Positions 8,228 to 18,812 of a stretch of DNA of 64,000 nt are shown here, one piece after another (the first letter of the stretch is position 1; each line of letters starts with the position of its first letter). Below the pieces are notes generated by a model. The model made no database searches. It was not told the DNA's origin and saw only the letters and a list, made by a program, of their open reading frames with translations. The stretch comes from a bacterium. Its GTDB lineage: Bacteria > Patescibacteriota > Minisyncoccia > JAHIHE01. The stretch lies in NCBI GenBank assembly GCA_030693205.1, contig JAUYBG010000011.1, forward strand, positions 56,793-120,792. The letters run 5' to 3'. The position numbers and the translations under genes are program-made.

Positions 8228-8731
8228 TTATTTCCCCGCTTTAAACCCTATCTTCCTCACCGACCCATCCTTCCCATCATCCAAAAGTTGCCTTAATGTA
8301 TCGAAAACTATTTTAAATTTCTTGTCATATTTTTTCTCCATTTGTTCGATTTTCAATCTCAACTCGCGATTACCGGCGATCATTTCCCGCAATTTGATAA
8401 AAGTCCGAATAATTTGAATATTTACTTGCACAGCTCTCTTGCTATTTAATATACCGGAAAGCATAGCCACACCAGGTTCGGTAAAGACCAACGGCGTTCT
8501 TCTTAGCCCCATTTTTTCGCGATTGGAAGTGCCAAATTGGTACTTCCAATTTTCCATTTCCTGCTTATTCATTTGAAACATAAAATCTTCGGGAAAGCGA
8601 TCAATATTGCGCCTCACTGCGCAATTAAGCATTTTGGTTTCCACTCCATACAGCTCTGCCAAGTCTCTATCAAACATTACTTTCTTGCCTCGCATTAAAA
8701 ATATTTTATGTTCTATTCTTTCGTCTGGCAC
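8228..8731 (-). CDS. ORF6N-domain (KilA-N-related) DNA-binding protein, phage/mobile-element associated
   Basis: IFLMRGKKVMFDRDLAELYGVETKMLNCAVRRNIDRFPEDFMFQM matches the ORF6N signature (RGQ.VMLD.DLA.LYGVETK.LNQAVKRN..RFPEDFMFQL) plus a C-terminal coiled-coil region. Confidence 0.75.
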   Translation of the reverse strand: MPDERIEHKIFLMRGKKVMFDRDLAELYGVETKMLNCAVRRNIDRFPEDFMFQMNKQEMENWKYQFGTSNREKMGLRRTPLVFTEPGVAMLSGILNSKRAVQVNIQIIRTFIKLREMIAGNRELRLKIEQMEKKYDKKFKIVFDTLRQLLDDGKDGSVRKIGFKAGK

Positions 8732-8819
8732 AATAATCGCTAGATTTTTTGATTACATAAATTTATTTATTCTTAACTTCGATTTATTATACAACAATGT
8801 GTGTCATAAATAAAGCCGA

Positions 8820-8885
8820 ATTTTTGAGGTCATAATTTGCAACCTCAAAAAAACTACCCCGATCTCTCAGGGTAGTTTTTACTTT
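8820..8885. terminator. two adjacent bidirectional hairpin terminators downstream of rpoC (GAGGT..ACCTC and CTACCCC..GGGTAG, each flanked by A- and T-runs)
   Basis: Seen directly in the sequence. Ends the rpoBC transcription unit and separates it from the ORF6N gene. Confidence 0.7.
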
Positions 8886-8893
8886 CTTTAATT

Positions 8894-11800
8894 TTATTTT
8901 CCAAATCCGGTTCCGGCAGGGATCAACTTGCCAATAATAACATTTTCTTTCAAGCCTTTCAATTCATCCGATTTGCCGAATAAAGCGGCGGAGATCAGCA
9001 CGCGAGCGGTTTCCTGGAACGAAGCGGCGGCCAGGAAGCTTTCGGTCGAAAGCGAAACTTTCGTAATACCAAGCAATAATTCTTCGCCTTTGGCCGGCTT
9101 CTTGCCTTCCTTTTTGGCAATGGAATTCACTTTATTGAACTGCGCCTCTTCCACCACGCTGCCTTCCGGCAATTGCGTGTCTCCGGCGTCATTAATTATA
9201 ATTCTCGAGAACATCTGCTTCACGATCAACTCGATGTGCTTATCGTTGATGCCTTCGCCTTGAGCGGTGTAAATTTCCTGCACTTCGCCGATAATATATT
9301 CCACTACCGCCATTTTATCAACCAGATTGAAAAGCTCATGAATATCAATATGCCCTTCGGTCAATCTTTGTCCTTTCTTGATCGCCGCGCCCTTCTCGAC
9401 GGAAATCGCGATGTCGGAATCCACTTCATATTCTTTCACTTCAGCTTCCGTTTTTCCTTTTTTATCCACGACATTGATGCGAATGATCTTTTTATTGGTC
9501 AGAGGAACAACATCAACGACTTTTCCAGATACTTCAGAGATCAAGGCTTTTCCTTTCGGAACACGGGCTTCAAAAATTTCTTCCACGCGAGGCAAACCCT
9601 GGGTAATGTCCCGTCCTGCAACTCCTCCGCTATGGAAGGTTTTCATGGTCAGCTGAGTTCCCGGCTCGCCGATAGCTTGCGCGGTGACGATGCCGATAGC
9701 TTCGCCTTTGGCGATCGGCTTATTCCTGCCCAAATCATAGCCGTAGCATTTTTGGCAAATTCCCCGTTCGGCCTTGCAATAAATAACCGTGCGAACTTTA
9801 ATAAAATCGATCCCGGAAATATTTTCGATCGTCTTGGCGATATCTTTGGGAATAAATTCTCCTACCGGCACCAGCACTTTTTTCGTTTTTGGATCAATAA
9901 TATCTTCCGTGACAACCCGTCCGTAAATTCTCGCCGCAAATCCCCGGCTTAATCCATATTGATCAAGCCTGGGAATAATAATGCTTTTCTTGCTTCCGCA
10001 ATCAATTTCATTGATAACCATATCTTGCGCCACATCCACCAAGCGCCTGGTCAGGTATCCCGCAGTGGCGGTTCTTAGAGCGATATCAGTCATACCTTTT
10101 CTGGCTCCGTGAGTGGAAATGAAATATTCCAGCACATCAAAACCTTCCTTGAAACTATTTTTGATCGGCAGTTCGATCGTTTCTCCGGCCGGATTCACCA
10201 CCAACCCTTTCATACCCATCATCTGCGCGACTACTGCCCAAGAACTTCTGGCCCCCGATTCGATCATCAAAAAGACCGGGCTGTTTTGATCCAAAGTGTT
10301 TAGAACGGCTTTGGTAACTTTATTCTTGGTATCGGTCCAGGTTTCGATTACCTTGGTCCTCCGCTCTTCACTGGTAAGAAGCCCCTCATTATACTGGCGC
10401 TCGATAATTTCCGCCTGTTTTTTCGCTTCTTCGATCAAAGCGGCTTTTTCTTTCGGTATTTTCAGATCGCTCATTCCCCAGCTAAGCCCGGAAATGGTCA
10501 CGTACTCAAAACCCAGTTTTTTGATCCTGTCGACCAGATCCACCGTTTCTTCAGCGCCGGCTTTTTCCAGCGAATCAGCCACCAAAGCTTTGAGATTCTT
10601 GGCATCCATAACTTCGTTCACGAACCGCAAGGATTTTGGCAAAGCTTCGTTGAAAATAATACGCCCGGCTGAAGTTTTTAAATATAATCCTTCGTTAGGC
10701 TCTTCTTTTTTAATAACATTAATATCGAAATCTTTTCGCAATTTTATTTCCGCCTTAAGGTCAATGATGCCCAATTGATAATTCAAAATCGCTTCTTTGG
10801 CATCGTAGAAAACCTTGCCCTCGCCCTTTCCGCCGGAAATAATTTTGGTCATATAATAGCAGCCCAAAATAATATCCTGATAAGGAATGACGATCGGATC
10901 TCCGGTTGCCGGCTTCAGCAAATTCTTGCTGGAAAGCATGATCTCTCGGCCTTCGCGCTGCGCTTCTTCGCCCAACGGCAAATGGACTGCCATCTGGTCT
11001 CCGTCGAAATCAGCATTGAAAGCCTTGCAAACCAAAGGATGAATTTGAATGGCCTTGCCTTCGATCAGCACCGGATAAAACGCCTGGATGCTCAAACGGT
11101 GAAGGGTCGGAGCGCGATTTAAAAGCACTACTTTGCCGTTGATAATATTTTCCAAAATATCCCAAACCTCCACAGTCTCCTGCTCGATCAAACGGGTGGC
11201 GCTTCGGACGTTGTAGGCATAATTTCCTTCAATTAATTTTCGCATCACGAAAGGCTTGAATAATTCCAAAGCCATATTTTTCGGCAATCCGCATTGATTC
11301 AATTTCAATTCCGGTCCGACCACGATCACGGAGCGTCCGGAATAATCCACGCGCTTGCCGAGCAAATTCTGCCTGAATCGGCCTTGCTTTCCTTTTAACA
11401 TATCGGCCAGGGACCGAAGCTGCCTTTTTTGTCCGGTAGAAGCGATAGTCACTTGTCCGCGCTTAATGCTATTGTCGATCAAGGCGTCAAGCGCTTCCTG
11501 CAACATTCTTTTTTCATTCCGGCAGATGACTTCCGGAGCTTTCAATTCGATCAAATGCTTCAAGCGATTATTGCGGTTGATAACTCTTCGATAGAGGTCA
11601 TTCAAGTCGGAAGTGGCAAAACGCCCGCCATCCAGCTGCACCATTGGCCTCAAGTCCGGCGGGATCACTGGCAAAACCGTGAAACACATCCATTCCGGCT
11701 TTACTCCGGCTTTTATCATTCCTTGCGCCAGCCTTAAGCGCTTGGTAATTTTTTTTCTTACGACATCGTTGCTGACATTTTTCAGTTCTTCGGTCAAAGC

Positions 11801-12490
11801 ATCTTTAAGCTTTTTCAGATCGGTTCGGGCAAGCATTTCTCTCACCGTTTCCGCTCCGATGCCGGCCTTGAACACGGAACCGAATTTCAGCGACAAATTC
11901 CGGTATTCAATTTCGGAAATCACCTTCATTGGAACAAGACTTTTTATTTCCGCCTTAGCTAAATCTCTGGAGGCTTTCAGCTCGGCAATATTTTCCTTGC
12001 TTTTCTGCTCTTTGCTCCTGGTCTTGAACTCGCGGTCTATTTCTTTAAAAGCTTCTTCTTTATTTTTTTCATTTACTTCGGTAACAACATAAGCCGCGAA
12101 ATAAATGATTTTTTCCAGATCCTGCACGGAAATATCAAGAACCAAGCCAATGCTCGAAGGCACGCCTCGGACAAACCAAATATGAGTGATCGGCACAGCC
12201 AATTTGATATGGCCCATGCGTTCGCGCCTGACCGAGGAACGGGTAACCTCCACTCCGCATTTATCGCAAACGATCCCTTTGTACCTGATCCTCTTGTATT
12301 TTCCGCAATAGCATTCCCAGTCTTTGGTCGGACCAAAAATACGCTCGGAAAAAAGCCCGTCCGGTTCCGGACGCTGAGTCCGGTAATTGATCGTCTCCGG
12401 CTTGATCACTTCGCCGTGCGACCAGGCCATGATATTTTCCGGGCTGGCCAAGGTTAATTTTACTGATTTGAAGGTTGATGTTTTATACAT
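8894..12490 (-). CDS. rpoC: DNA-directed RNA polymerase subunit beta'
   Basis: 1198 aa. N-terminal Zn-finger Cys (CYCGKYK...CDKCGVEV), the NADFDGD catalytic motif and a full beta' architecture. Confidence 0.98.
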   Translation of the reverse strand: MYKTSTFKSVKLTLASPENIMAWSHGEVIKPETINYRTQRPEPDGLFSERIFGPTKDWECYCGKYKRIRYKGIVCDKCGVEVTRSSVRRERMGHIKLAVPITHIWFVRGVPSSIGLVLDISVQDLEKIIYFAAYVVTEVNEKNKEEAFKEIDREFKTRSKEQKSKENIAELKASRDLAKAEIKSLVPMKVISEIEYRNLSLKFGSVFKAGIGAETVREMLARTDLKKLKDALTEELKNVSNDVVRKKITKRLRLAQGMIKAGVKPEWMCFTVLPVIPPDLRPMVQLDGGRFATSDLNDLYRRVINRNNRLKHLIELKAPEVICRNEKRMLQEALDALIDNSIKRGQVTIASTGQKRQLRSLADMLKGKQGRFRQNLLGKRVDYSGRSVIVVGPELKLNQCGLPKNMALELFKPFVMRKLIEGNYAYNVRSATRLIEQETVEVWDILENIINGKVVLLNRAPTLHRLSIQAFYPVLIEGKAIQIHPLVCKAFNADFDGDQMAVHLPLGEEAQREGREIMLSSKNLLKPATGDPIVIPYQDIILGCYYMTKIISGGKGEGKVFYDAKEAILNYQLGIIDLKAEIKLRKDFDINVIKKEEPNEGLYLKTSAGRIIFNEALPKSLRFVNEVMDAKNLKALVADSLEKAGAEETVDLVDRIKKLGFEYVTISGLSWGMSDLKIPKEKAALIEEAKKQAEIIERQYNEGLLTSEERRTKVIETWTDTKNKVTKAVLNTLDQNSPVFLMIESGARSSWAVVAQMMGMKGLVVNPAGETIELPIKNSFKEGFDVLEYFISTHGARKGMTDIALRTATAGYLTRRLVDVAQDMVINEIDCGSKKSIIIPRLDQYGLSRGFAARIYGRVVTEDIIDPKTKKVLVPVGEFIPKDIAKTIENISGIDFIKVRTVIYCKAERGICQKCYGYDLGRNKPIAKGEAIGIVTAQAIGEPGTQLTMKTFHSGGVAGRDITQGLPRVEEIFEARVPKGKALISEVSGKVVDVVPLTNKKIIRINVVDKKGKTEAEVKEYEVDSDIAISVEKGAAIKKGQRLTEGHIDIHELFNLVDKMAVVEYIIGEVQEIYTAQGEGINDKHIELIVKQMFSRIIINDAGDTQLPEGSVVEEAQFNKVNSIAKKEGKKPAKGEELLLGITKVSLSTESFLAAASFQETARVLISAALFGKSDELKGLKENVIIGKLIPAGTGFGK

Positions 12491-12540
12491 AGAAGTTTAA
12501 ATATTGGATAATTGAAGGTTGATTAAATTAATTTGAATGG

Positions 12541-15500
12541 TTAAAAATTCCTGCGTTCATTTTCCTCTTCTCCTTCAAGCTCAATATTCAATCCTAGCGC
12601 TTTTAACTCGTTTACCAGCACAAAGAACGAAGCTGGAATATAAGGACTTTTTATCGGTTCACCTTTAATTATCGATTCGTAAGACTTGCTTCTTCCGGCA
12701 ACATCATCGGATTTGATCGTCAAAACTTCCTGGAGCGAATGCGCCGCGCCATAGCCTTCCAGCGCCCAAACTTCCATTTCTCCGAATCTCTGTCCGCCGA
12801 ATTGGGCTTTGCCTCCAAGAGGCTGCTGAGTGATCAGCGAGTATGGCCCGATCGAGCGAGTATGGATCTTGTCTTCCACCAAATGATGAAGCTTCAACAT
12901 ATAAATAATTCCAACGGTCGATCTCTCGTTGAATTTTTCTCCGGTTCGTCCGTCATAAAGCTGAACTTTGCCGTCTTCCGGCAATCCCGCTTTTTTCAAT
13001 TCCACTTTGATCTCGTCTTCCGAGATACCGTTCAGCGCAGGGCAAGCCACTTTGTAGCCCAATTTCACAGCCGCCCACCCCAAATGTGTTTCCAAAATCT
13101 GGCCGATATTCATACGGCTCGCGACGCCGAGCGGATTCAAGATTATATCAACCGGCGTACCGTCAGCCAAATGCGGCATTTCTTCTTCCGGCAAAATTTT
13201 TGAAATAACTCCTTTGTTTCCATGGCGTCCGGCTAATTTATCGCCAATGGAAATTTTCCTAAGCTGAGCAATACTCACTTGGATCATTTTGATAACTCCG
13301 GCTGAAAGCTTGTCGCCCTGTTCCCGGGAAAATATTTTGATTCCGACCACTTTTCCGCGCTCGCCGTGCTGGAGATAAAGCGAGGTATCTTTCACATCGC
13401 GCGCTTTTTCGCCGAAGATCGATCTCAAAAGGCGCTCTTCCGCAGTCAATTCGCTTTCGCCTTTGGGCGTAATTTTTCCCACCAAAATATCGCCGGATTT
13501 TACCTCGGCGCCAATTCTAATAATACCTTCCTCGTCCAGATCTTTCAATTTTTCCTCGCCAACATTGGGAATATCCCGAGTGATGACTTCCGGACCCAGC
13601 TTGGTATCGCGGACTTCAATGGAAAAATCTTCGATGTGAATAGAACTGAACACGTCCCTCTTCACTAATTTTTGGGAAAGAATGATCGCGTCTTCGTAAT
13701 TCGCTCCGCCCCAGCTCATAAAAGAAACCAATAAATTCTGGCCGAGAGCGATCTCTCCGTCTTCGGTCCCCGCTCCGTCAGCCAATAATCCGCCAGCCGG
13801 AACGATCTGATTTTTTTCCACCCGCACCGTCTGATTGATGCTGGTCGCGGCATTCGAACGCACAAATTTTTTAAATCGATAGCTTTTTCTGGCTTTATTT
13901 TTTGCGCTTTCCACTACCACGTGATTGGCGTCCACTTCGACGACTTTTCCCGCTTCAGTGGATAGCGTAACATAACCGGAATCGGCCGCCACTTTGGCTT
14001 CCACTCCGGTGCCGATAACCGGCGCTTCCGGCCTGATGCAAGCCACCGCCTGGCGCTGCATATTCGAACCCATCAAAGCTCTTTGCGCGTCGTTGTGCTC
14101 AAGAAAAGGAATAAGAGCGGTAGCAATACTGATGGCCTGATGATGGGCCACATCCATATAATCAACTTTACTGGATTCAATAATTCCGGGGTTTTGCTTG
14201 ATGCGGGCTTCCACTTTTTCTTCGATAAATCTTCCTGCTTTATCCAGCGGCACTCCGGCATGCGCGATGTTCACCGTATCTTCGGCCACCGCATCCAAGT
14301 GAACAATTTGATTTGTCACTTTGCCGTGCACCACTTTCTTATAAGGCGTTTCAATAAAACCATAATCATTGACTACGGCGTAACTGGCTAAGTGTCCAAC
14401 CAAACCGATATTCGGACCTTCCGGGGTCTCAATCGGACAAATTCTTCCATAGTGGGAAGAGTGCACATCACGGACTTCAAAACCGGCTCTTTCGCGCGTC
14501 AAACCGCCCGGACCCATCGCCGAAAGCCGCCTCTTGTGCTCAAGCTCGGCCAAAGGATTAACCTGATCCATAAATTGGGAAAGCTGAGAAGAAGCAAAAA
14601 ATTCCTTGATCACCGCAACGAGAGGGCGGCTATTTACCAAATGCACTGGGGAAACCAAAGAAGAATCAACCGTACTCATACGATCTTTGATATTTCGCTC
14701 CATTCTGGTCAAGCCCAAACGAAAACGTTCCTGGATCAATTCTCCGACGCCTCGCACTCTTCTGTTTCCCAAGTGATCGATATCATCGGCAAGAGCGTTC
14801 GCGTTATTGCTCAAAGCGATAATTTCTCTGACTGTTTTTATGAGATCGCTGACCAAAAAAACCCGATGTTCCGGAGTATCGGAAAGATTGAGCCCTAAGC
14901 GCTGATTAGCCTTATAGCGCCCGACTACACCCAAGTCATAATGCGCAAAATTGAAAAACATATTTTCCACCAATTGCCTAGCATTCTCGATCGTCGCGAG
15001 ATCTCCCGGCCTGATCCTCCGGTAAACTTCAATAAAACCGTCTTCGCTGCTTTTGGTGGTATCATGTTTGAGAGTTTCTTCGATAAACTTAATATCTCCC
15101 GTATCAATATCTTTGAATAAATTCAAAATTTTCTCATTCGTGCTGTAGCCAAAAGCGCGGATCAAAGAAGTCGCGGCAATTTTTCTTTTGCGGTCAATAC
15201 GCACATAGATCGATCCCGAGGAATCCGTGTCTATCTCAAGCCAGGCTCCGCGATTGGGAATAACTTTCGCGCCAAAAAATCTTCGCTCGGCTTTTTCCGC
15301 GGAAAGATGGAAGAATATCCCGGGAGACTTGATCAGCTGGCTCACAACCACTCTCTCTACGCCGTTTATAACAAAATTGCCCCTGTCGGTCATTAAAGGA
15401 AATTCTCCAAAATAACACTCCTGCTCTTTTACGGCATGAGTTTTTTTATTGGTTAATTTCGCTTTAACCCGCAAAGGGGCTTCATAAGATACATTTTTTT

Positions 15501-15762
15501 CAATCGAGGTTTTTTCGTCGTACTTGGCTTCATCCAAATAATAATCGACAAACTCCAGCTCCAGTTCTTTATTATAACTTTTGACCGAACCGACTTCTTT
15601 GAACAATTCTCCCAGTCCTTTTTCAATAAACCAGCGATAGGAGTTATGCTGAATTTCTATTAAATTATGCAACGGGGTTTCTTTCGCCTTATGGAAAAAA
15701 TTCCGAGGCTTAACTGAAACGCTGGCATGGACTTCTCCTCTGGTCTTCTTTGAAACAATCAT
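12541..15762 (-). CDS. rpoB: DNA-directed RNA polymerase subunit beta
   Basis: 1073 aa with conserved beta-subunit blocks (e.g. GNKGVISKILPEEEMP, SMGPGGLTRERAGFEVRDVH). Lies immediately upstream of rpoC. Confidence 0.98.
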   Translation of the reverse strand: MIVSKKTRGEVHASVSVKPRNFFHKAKETPLHNLIEIQHNSYRWFIEKGLGELFKEVGSVKSYNKELELEFVDYYLDEAKYDEKTSIEKNVSYEAPLRVKAKLTNKKTHAVKEQECYFGEFPLMTDRGNFVINGVERVVVSQLIKSPGIFFHLSAEKAERRFFGAKVIPNRGAWLEIDTDSSGSIYVRIDRKRKIAATSLIRAFGYSTNEKILNLFKDIDTGDIKFIEETLKHDTTKSSEDGFIEVYRRIRPGDLATIENARQLVENMFFNFAHYDLGVVGRYKANQRLGLNLSDTPEHRVFLVSDLIKTVREIIALSNNANALADDIDHLGNRRVRGVGELIQERFRLGLTRMERNIKDRMSTVDSSLVSPVHLVNSRPLVAVIKEFFASSQLSQFMDQVNPLAELEHKRRLSAMGPGGLTRERAGFEVRDVHSSHYGRICPIETPEGPNIGLVGHLASYAVVNDYGFIETPYKKVVHGKVTNQIVHLDAVAEDTVNIAHAGVPLDKAGRFIEEKVEARIKQNPGIIESSKVDYMDVAHHQAISIATALIPFLEHNDAQRALMGSNMQRQAVACIRPEAPVIGTGVEAKVAADSGYVTLSTEAGKVVEVDANHVVVESAKNKARKSYRFKKFVRSNAATSINQTVRVEKNQIVPAGGLLADGAGTEDGEIALGQNLLVSFMSWGGANYEDAIILSQKLVKRDVFSSIHIEDFSIEVRDTKLGPEVITRDIPNVGEEKLKDLDEEGIIRIGAEVKSGDILVGKITPKGESELTAEERLLRSIFGEKARDVKDTSLYLQHGERGKVVGIKIFSREQGDKLSAGVIKMIQVSIAQLRKISIGDKLAGRHGNKGVISKILPEEEMPHLADGTPVDIILNPLGVASRMNIGQILETHLGWAAVKLGYKVACPALNGISEDEIKVELKKAGLPEDGKVQLYDGRTGEKFNERSTVGIIYMLKLHHLVEDKIHTRSIGPYSLITQQPLGGKAQFGGQRFGEMEVWALEGYGAAHSLQEVLTIKSDDVAGRSKSYESIIKGEPIKSPYIPASFFVLVNELKALGLNIELEGEEENERRNF

Positions 15763-16063
15763 AAAAATTGCTCAGTTTCATTTTCACGTAAATTTAAAAA
15801 GTAAATTTCAGACTCTTTAAAATTTGTGAATTATCCCCTCTTTCGAAACAAAAATAATCCGTTGCTTTTTTCTGAAAATAAAAAAACAGCGAAGAGATGA
15901 GTTTCAAAATATGCCAGTGAAGGCTGGGGTGAAACTTATTTAATAAAAAGTATTATAAAAAAAACTGCTATTTTCCCGCCAAAAATTAAAATAGACCAAA
16001 AAAACACTCTCGGTCTTTTGGTAACCTTAATTAATTTATTTGCTTTGTTTTGCTCATAGCGTA

Positions 16064-16339
16064 TTAATGTTTCTTCTCAAGCCAATTCACGACGCTAACT
16101 ACCGAATTTCCTATTAAATTACTGACGAAACTCTCTGATTCGGAGATGAAATAGCTCCGAATTCTTTCTTGTTTTTTAAGTCTAACATATGCCAAATTTT
16201 TGTCAAGACCGTTTATGATCTTGTCGGACAAGTCTTTTTGATAGGTGTCTTTGACCGTATTCAAAATTTCCTTGCCTCTTTGAGCCGAAACTTCCAAAGT
16301 TTTCATATCCTTGTCGAGCTTTACTAAGAGTTTTAACAT
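16064..16339 (-). CDS. small protein (91 aa), possible ribbon-helix-helix-like; N-terminal 33 aa duplicated at 18813-18950
   Basis: ORF 4 nt downstream of the secreted-protein gene. The DNA at 16232-16339 is ~85% identical to 18846-18950. Confidence 0.5.
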   Translation of the reverse strand: MLKLLVKLDKDMKTLEVSAQRGKEILNTVKDTYQKDLSDKIINGLDKNLAYVRLKKQERIRSYFISESESFVSNLIGNSVVSVVNWLEKKH

Positions 16340-16343
16340 AAAT

Positions 16344-17441
16344 TTATTTTATAAATTTGAAAGTCGAAAGAATTTGGTTAACAGTTTCTTCCTTCTGTTT
16401 CAAATAATCAATTCGAAAAATAATGTCACTTTTTTTAAAAAATTGAGTTACTCTATCTATTGGTGACACTGTTGTATCTTCAAGAACATAAGTCTGCGTA
16501 AAATATTCCAACATATCAACCCCTTTAAATTGTTTTTTTACTAAATTCGGCGTAGTGTTATGGCTATAATAACCTTGAATATCACCTTGTGAAACAATAA
16601 ATTGTTCTAACGTCTTTTCCTCGTCTAATACAATACTGTAGGCGGATAATAAACCATAAACACCCAGATCATCAGGTTTTGTCCAATTTAAGTGTAGCTC
16701 ATTGGCAGTTTCAGACTCTATTACAAAAATCAGATTTGTTGGATATTTTACTTCAAATCCATATTTCTCGTTTTTGTAAGTTTTTAAGTTTACTATTTCG
16801 TCTTTTTGAATAAATCTAAAGGTAGAAAGAATTTGTTTTATTACCCCATCACTTTTTTCATCATAAGAAGTAGAAATTGTATAAGCTGCTCCATTTTTCA
16901 AAAAATAATACAAATCTCCGACTGGCGCTTGTCCCTTTCCAGGCAACCAACTAAACCCTACAGCTTCTTTTCCATCAATAGAAGTTTTAAGAGTAAGCTT
17001 CTCTGTAACTCCTCTTTTTGCTAAAAATGTTTTTATATCTTTATCAACTATTTCATTTTCTATATTTATATCTATGGATAACCAATAATCTCGATCGCCA
17101 GAATAACTAAGATTGAATTTTGCCAAAACTAAGTCGCTTCCATCGTTTTCATTTTTCAAAGTCCATCCAGATGGATATTGAAATCCAAAACTATATTTAT
17201 CGCTTCTGTAATTTTGCCACCCCTCAATATTTTCACTAATATCTGGCGTAATTGCAGGTGTCGGGGTTGTTAAAATTTCTGGCGTAATCGACGCTACCGG
17301 TTCGCTATCTACAGCCGATTTATTATTCGCCAAATACCCCGCTACCCCAAGCACTATGCCGAAAGAAACTAAAAAAATCACGAGTAAAATCAATTTCGTC
17401 GCCGCTAAATTCAATAATCTGGGTTTTTGCTCCGGTATCAT
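16344..17441 (-). CDS. signal-anchored secreted protein with two internally repeated ~150-aa domains
   Basis: N-terminus MIPEQKPRLLNLAATKLILLVIFLVSF is paralogous to the N-terminus of 18963-19706. The domain ends ILSTFRFIQK and ILSTFKFIK are repeated. Confidence 0.6.
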   Translation of the reverse strand: MIPEQKPRLLNLAATKLILLVIFLVSFGIVLGVAGYLANNKSAVDSEPVASITPEILTTPTPAITPDISENIEGWQNYRSDKYSFGFQYPSGWTLKNENDGSDLVLAKFNLSYSGDRDYWLSIDINIENEIVDKDIKTFLAKRGVTEKLTLKTSIDGKEAVGFSWLPGKGQAPVGDLYYFLKNGAAYTISTSYDEKSDGVIKQILSTFRFIQKDEIVNLKTYKNEKYGFEVKYPTNLIFVIESETANELHLNWTKPDDLGVYGLLSAYSIVLDEEKTLEQFIVSQGDIQGYYSHNTTPNLVKKQFKGVDMLEYFTQTYVLEDTTVSPIDRVTQFFKKSDIIFRIDYLKQKEETVNQILSTFKFIK

Positions 17442-17470
17442 AAAATTTATTTAATAATTATAATTAAAAC

Positions 17471-18727
17471 TTATTTAAAATCCACAAATGGCAAAAGAAC
17501 AGCGGGAATAAAATATACCTCATTTTCTTTTTTTAATAAATCTTTTGTGGTAATCAATTTTCTCCCCACATTATCGTACCGCTCAGTAAAATTCTCCATT
17601 ATTACAGGCACTTTGACTTTATTCCTATATTTTACCTCGCAAAGCATTAATTTATTATTTTTATCCTCAATCACAAAATCAATTTCCGCGCCGCCGGAAG
17701 TGCGATAAAAATGAATGTATTCTTTATTATATTGAACAAGCAAAGTATTATAGACAAAATTTTCAATCACCTCGCCTTGCCCATCTAATCTCGTTTCAAA
17801 AGATCGCAAAAGATAATTGCGAATACCGGCATCTAAAACATAAACTTTTGGCATTTTAGAAATCTCCGAACGAATATTTTTAAAATACGGCGTTACTAAA
17901 TCTATAATATATGTGCCGGCCAAAATCTCCAGATACTTTTTTAATGTATTTATCGACAGATTTGCCGTATTCGAAAGCTCCTGGCTATTTACCAATTGGC
18001 CGATTTGTCCGGCTAAAATTTTTATCAGATTATTAAAACCAGTTACATTTTCAACATTCAGTTGATTGATAATATCCTTATCGATATAGGTTTTAATTAT
18101 TGATTTCAAAACTGTCTCTTTTTCTTCCACGCCTTGAGTAGTCAAAACCTCGGGATAGCCGCCGTAAGATAAATATTCACCAATACTCAGTTCCAGTTTA
18201 GGCTTAAAAGTTTCAAAAAACATTTCGAGCTCTTTTAAGTCAGCCAAACCATGTCGCTTAGTGTTTGTGCCTTCGCGAAAATCAAAATATTCTTTGAAAT
18301 TAATCCGATCAACATTGAAATGAATCGCCCTTCCTGTTAAATATTCCGAATTTTTATTTATTTCCAAAGCGCTTGATCCGCTGACAATCAGTTGAATTTT
18401 ATTTTTATGCTTATCAAAAATATTCTTGAGCAATAATCCAGCTTCTTCTATCGCTTGAAATTCATCAATCATCAAATAAATAAACTCATCGGGAAAATTA
18501 AAATATTGCTCCAGATACAACTCCAAACTAGCCGAAGTTTTCAGTATTGGATTATTGTCAATTTCATCCGCCAATAAATAAGCAACCCTCTTGCCGGATT
18601 TTTCCAAATCTTTTTTGATCTCTTTGAGTAAATAAGTTTTACCGACCTGTCGAGCGCCTTTTATAATTAAAATTTTCTCTTTGCCCAGCCAAGGTTTTAT
18701 TTTTTGCAATATTTCTCTTTGTATCAT
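17471..18727 (-). CDS. AAA+ ATPase (AAA_14 N-terminus plus DUF4143 C-terminus family)
   Basis: Walker A GARQVGKTYLL, Walker B LMIDEFQ, and the typical ~400-aa architecture of this widespread accessory ATPase. Confidence 0.85.
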   Translation of the reverse strand: MIQREILQKIKPWLGKEKILIIKGARQVGKTYLLKEIKKDLEKSGKRVAYLLADEIDNNPILKTSASLELYLEQYFNFPDEFIYLMIDEFQAIEEAGLLLKNIFDKHKNKIQLIVSGSSALEINKNSEYLTGRAIHFNVDRINFKEYFDFREGTNTKRHGLADLKELEMFFETFKPKLELSIGEYLSYGGYPEVLTTQGVEEKETVLKSIIKTYIDKDIINQLNVENVTGFNNLIKILAGQIGQLVNSQELSNTANLSINTLKKYLEILAGTYIIDLVTPYFKNIRSEISKMPKVYVLDAGIRNYLLRSFETRLDGQGEVIENFVYNTLLVQYNKEYIHFYRTSGGAEIDFVIEDKNNKLMLCEVKYRNKVKVPVIMENFTERYDNVGRKLITTKDLLKKENEVYFIPAVLLPFVDFK

Positions 18728-18812
18728 ATGTTTTCATTTATTATCATTTATGCCAGAATTGTATCACATACTTGATAATAAAACAATAGAAAACTATCAA
18801 ACTGCTAACAAA

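Noticed and set aside
9173-15415. Numerous plus- and minus-strand ORFs of 60-260 aa inside rpoC and rpoB (for example 9173-9952, 10296-10778, 11613-12092, 12739-13203, 14392-14898)
   Set aside because: All are antisense or frame-shadow ORFs of two unmistakable, continuous RNAP subunit genes. Their low-complexity Ser/Phe/Arg-rich translations are typical of non-coding frames.
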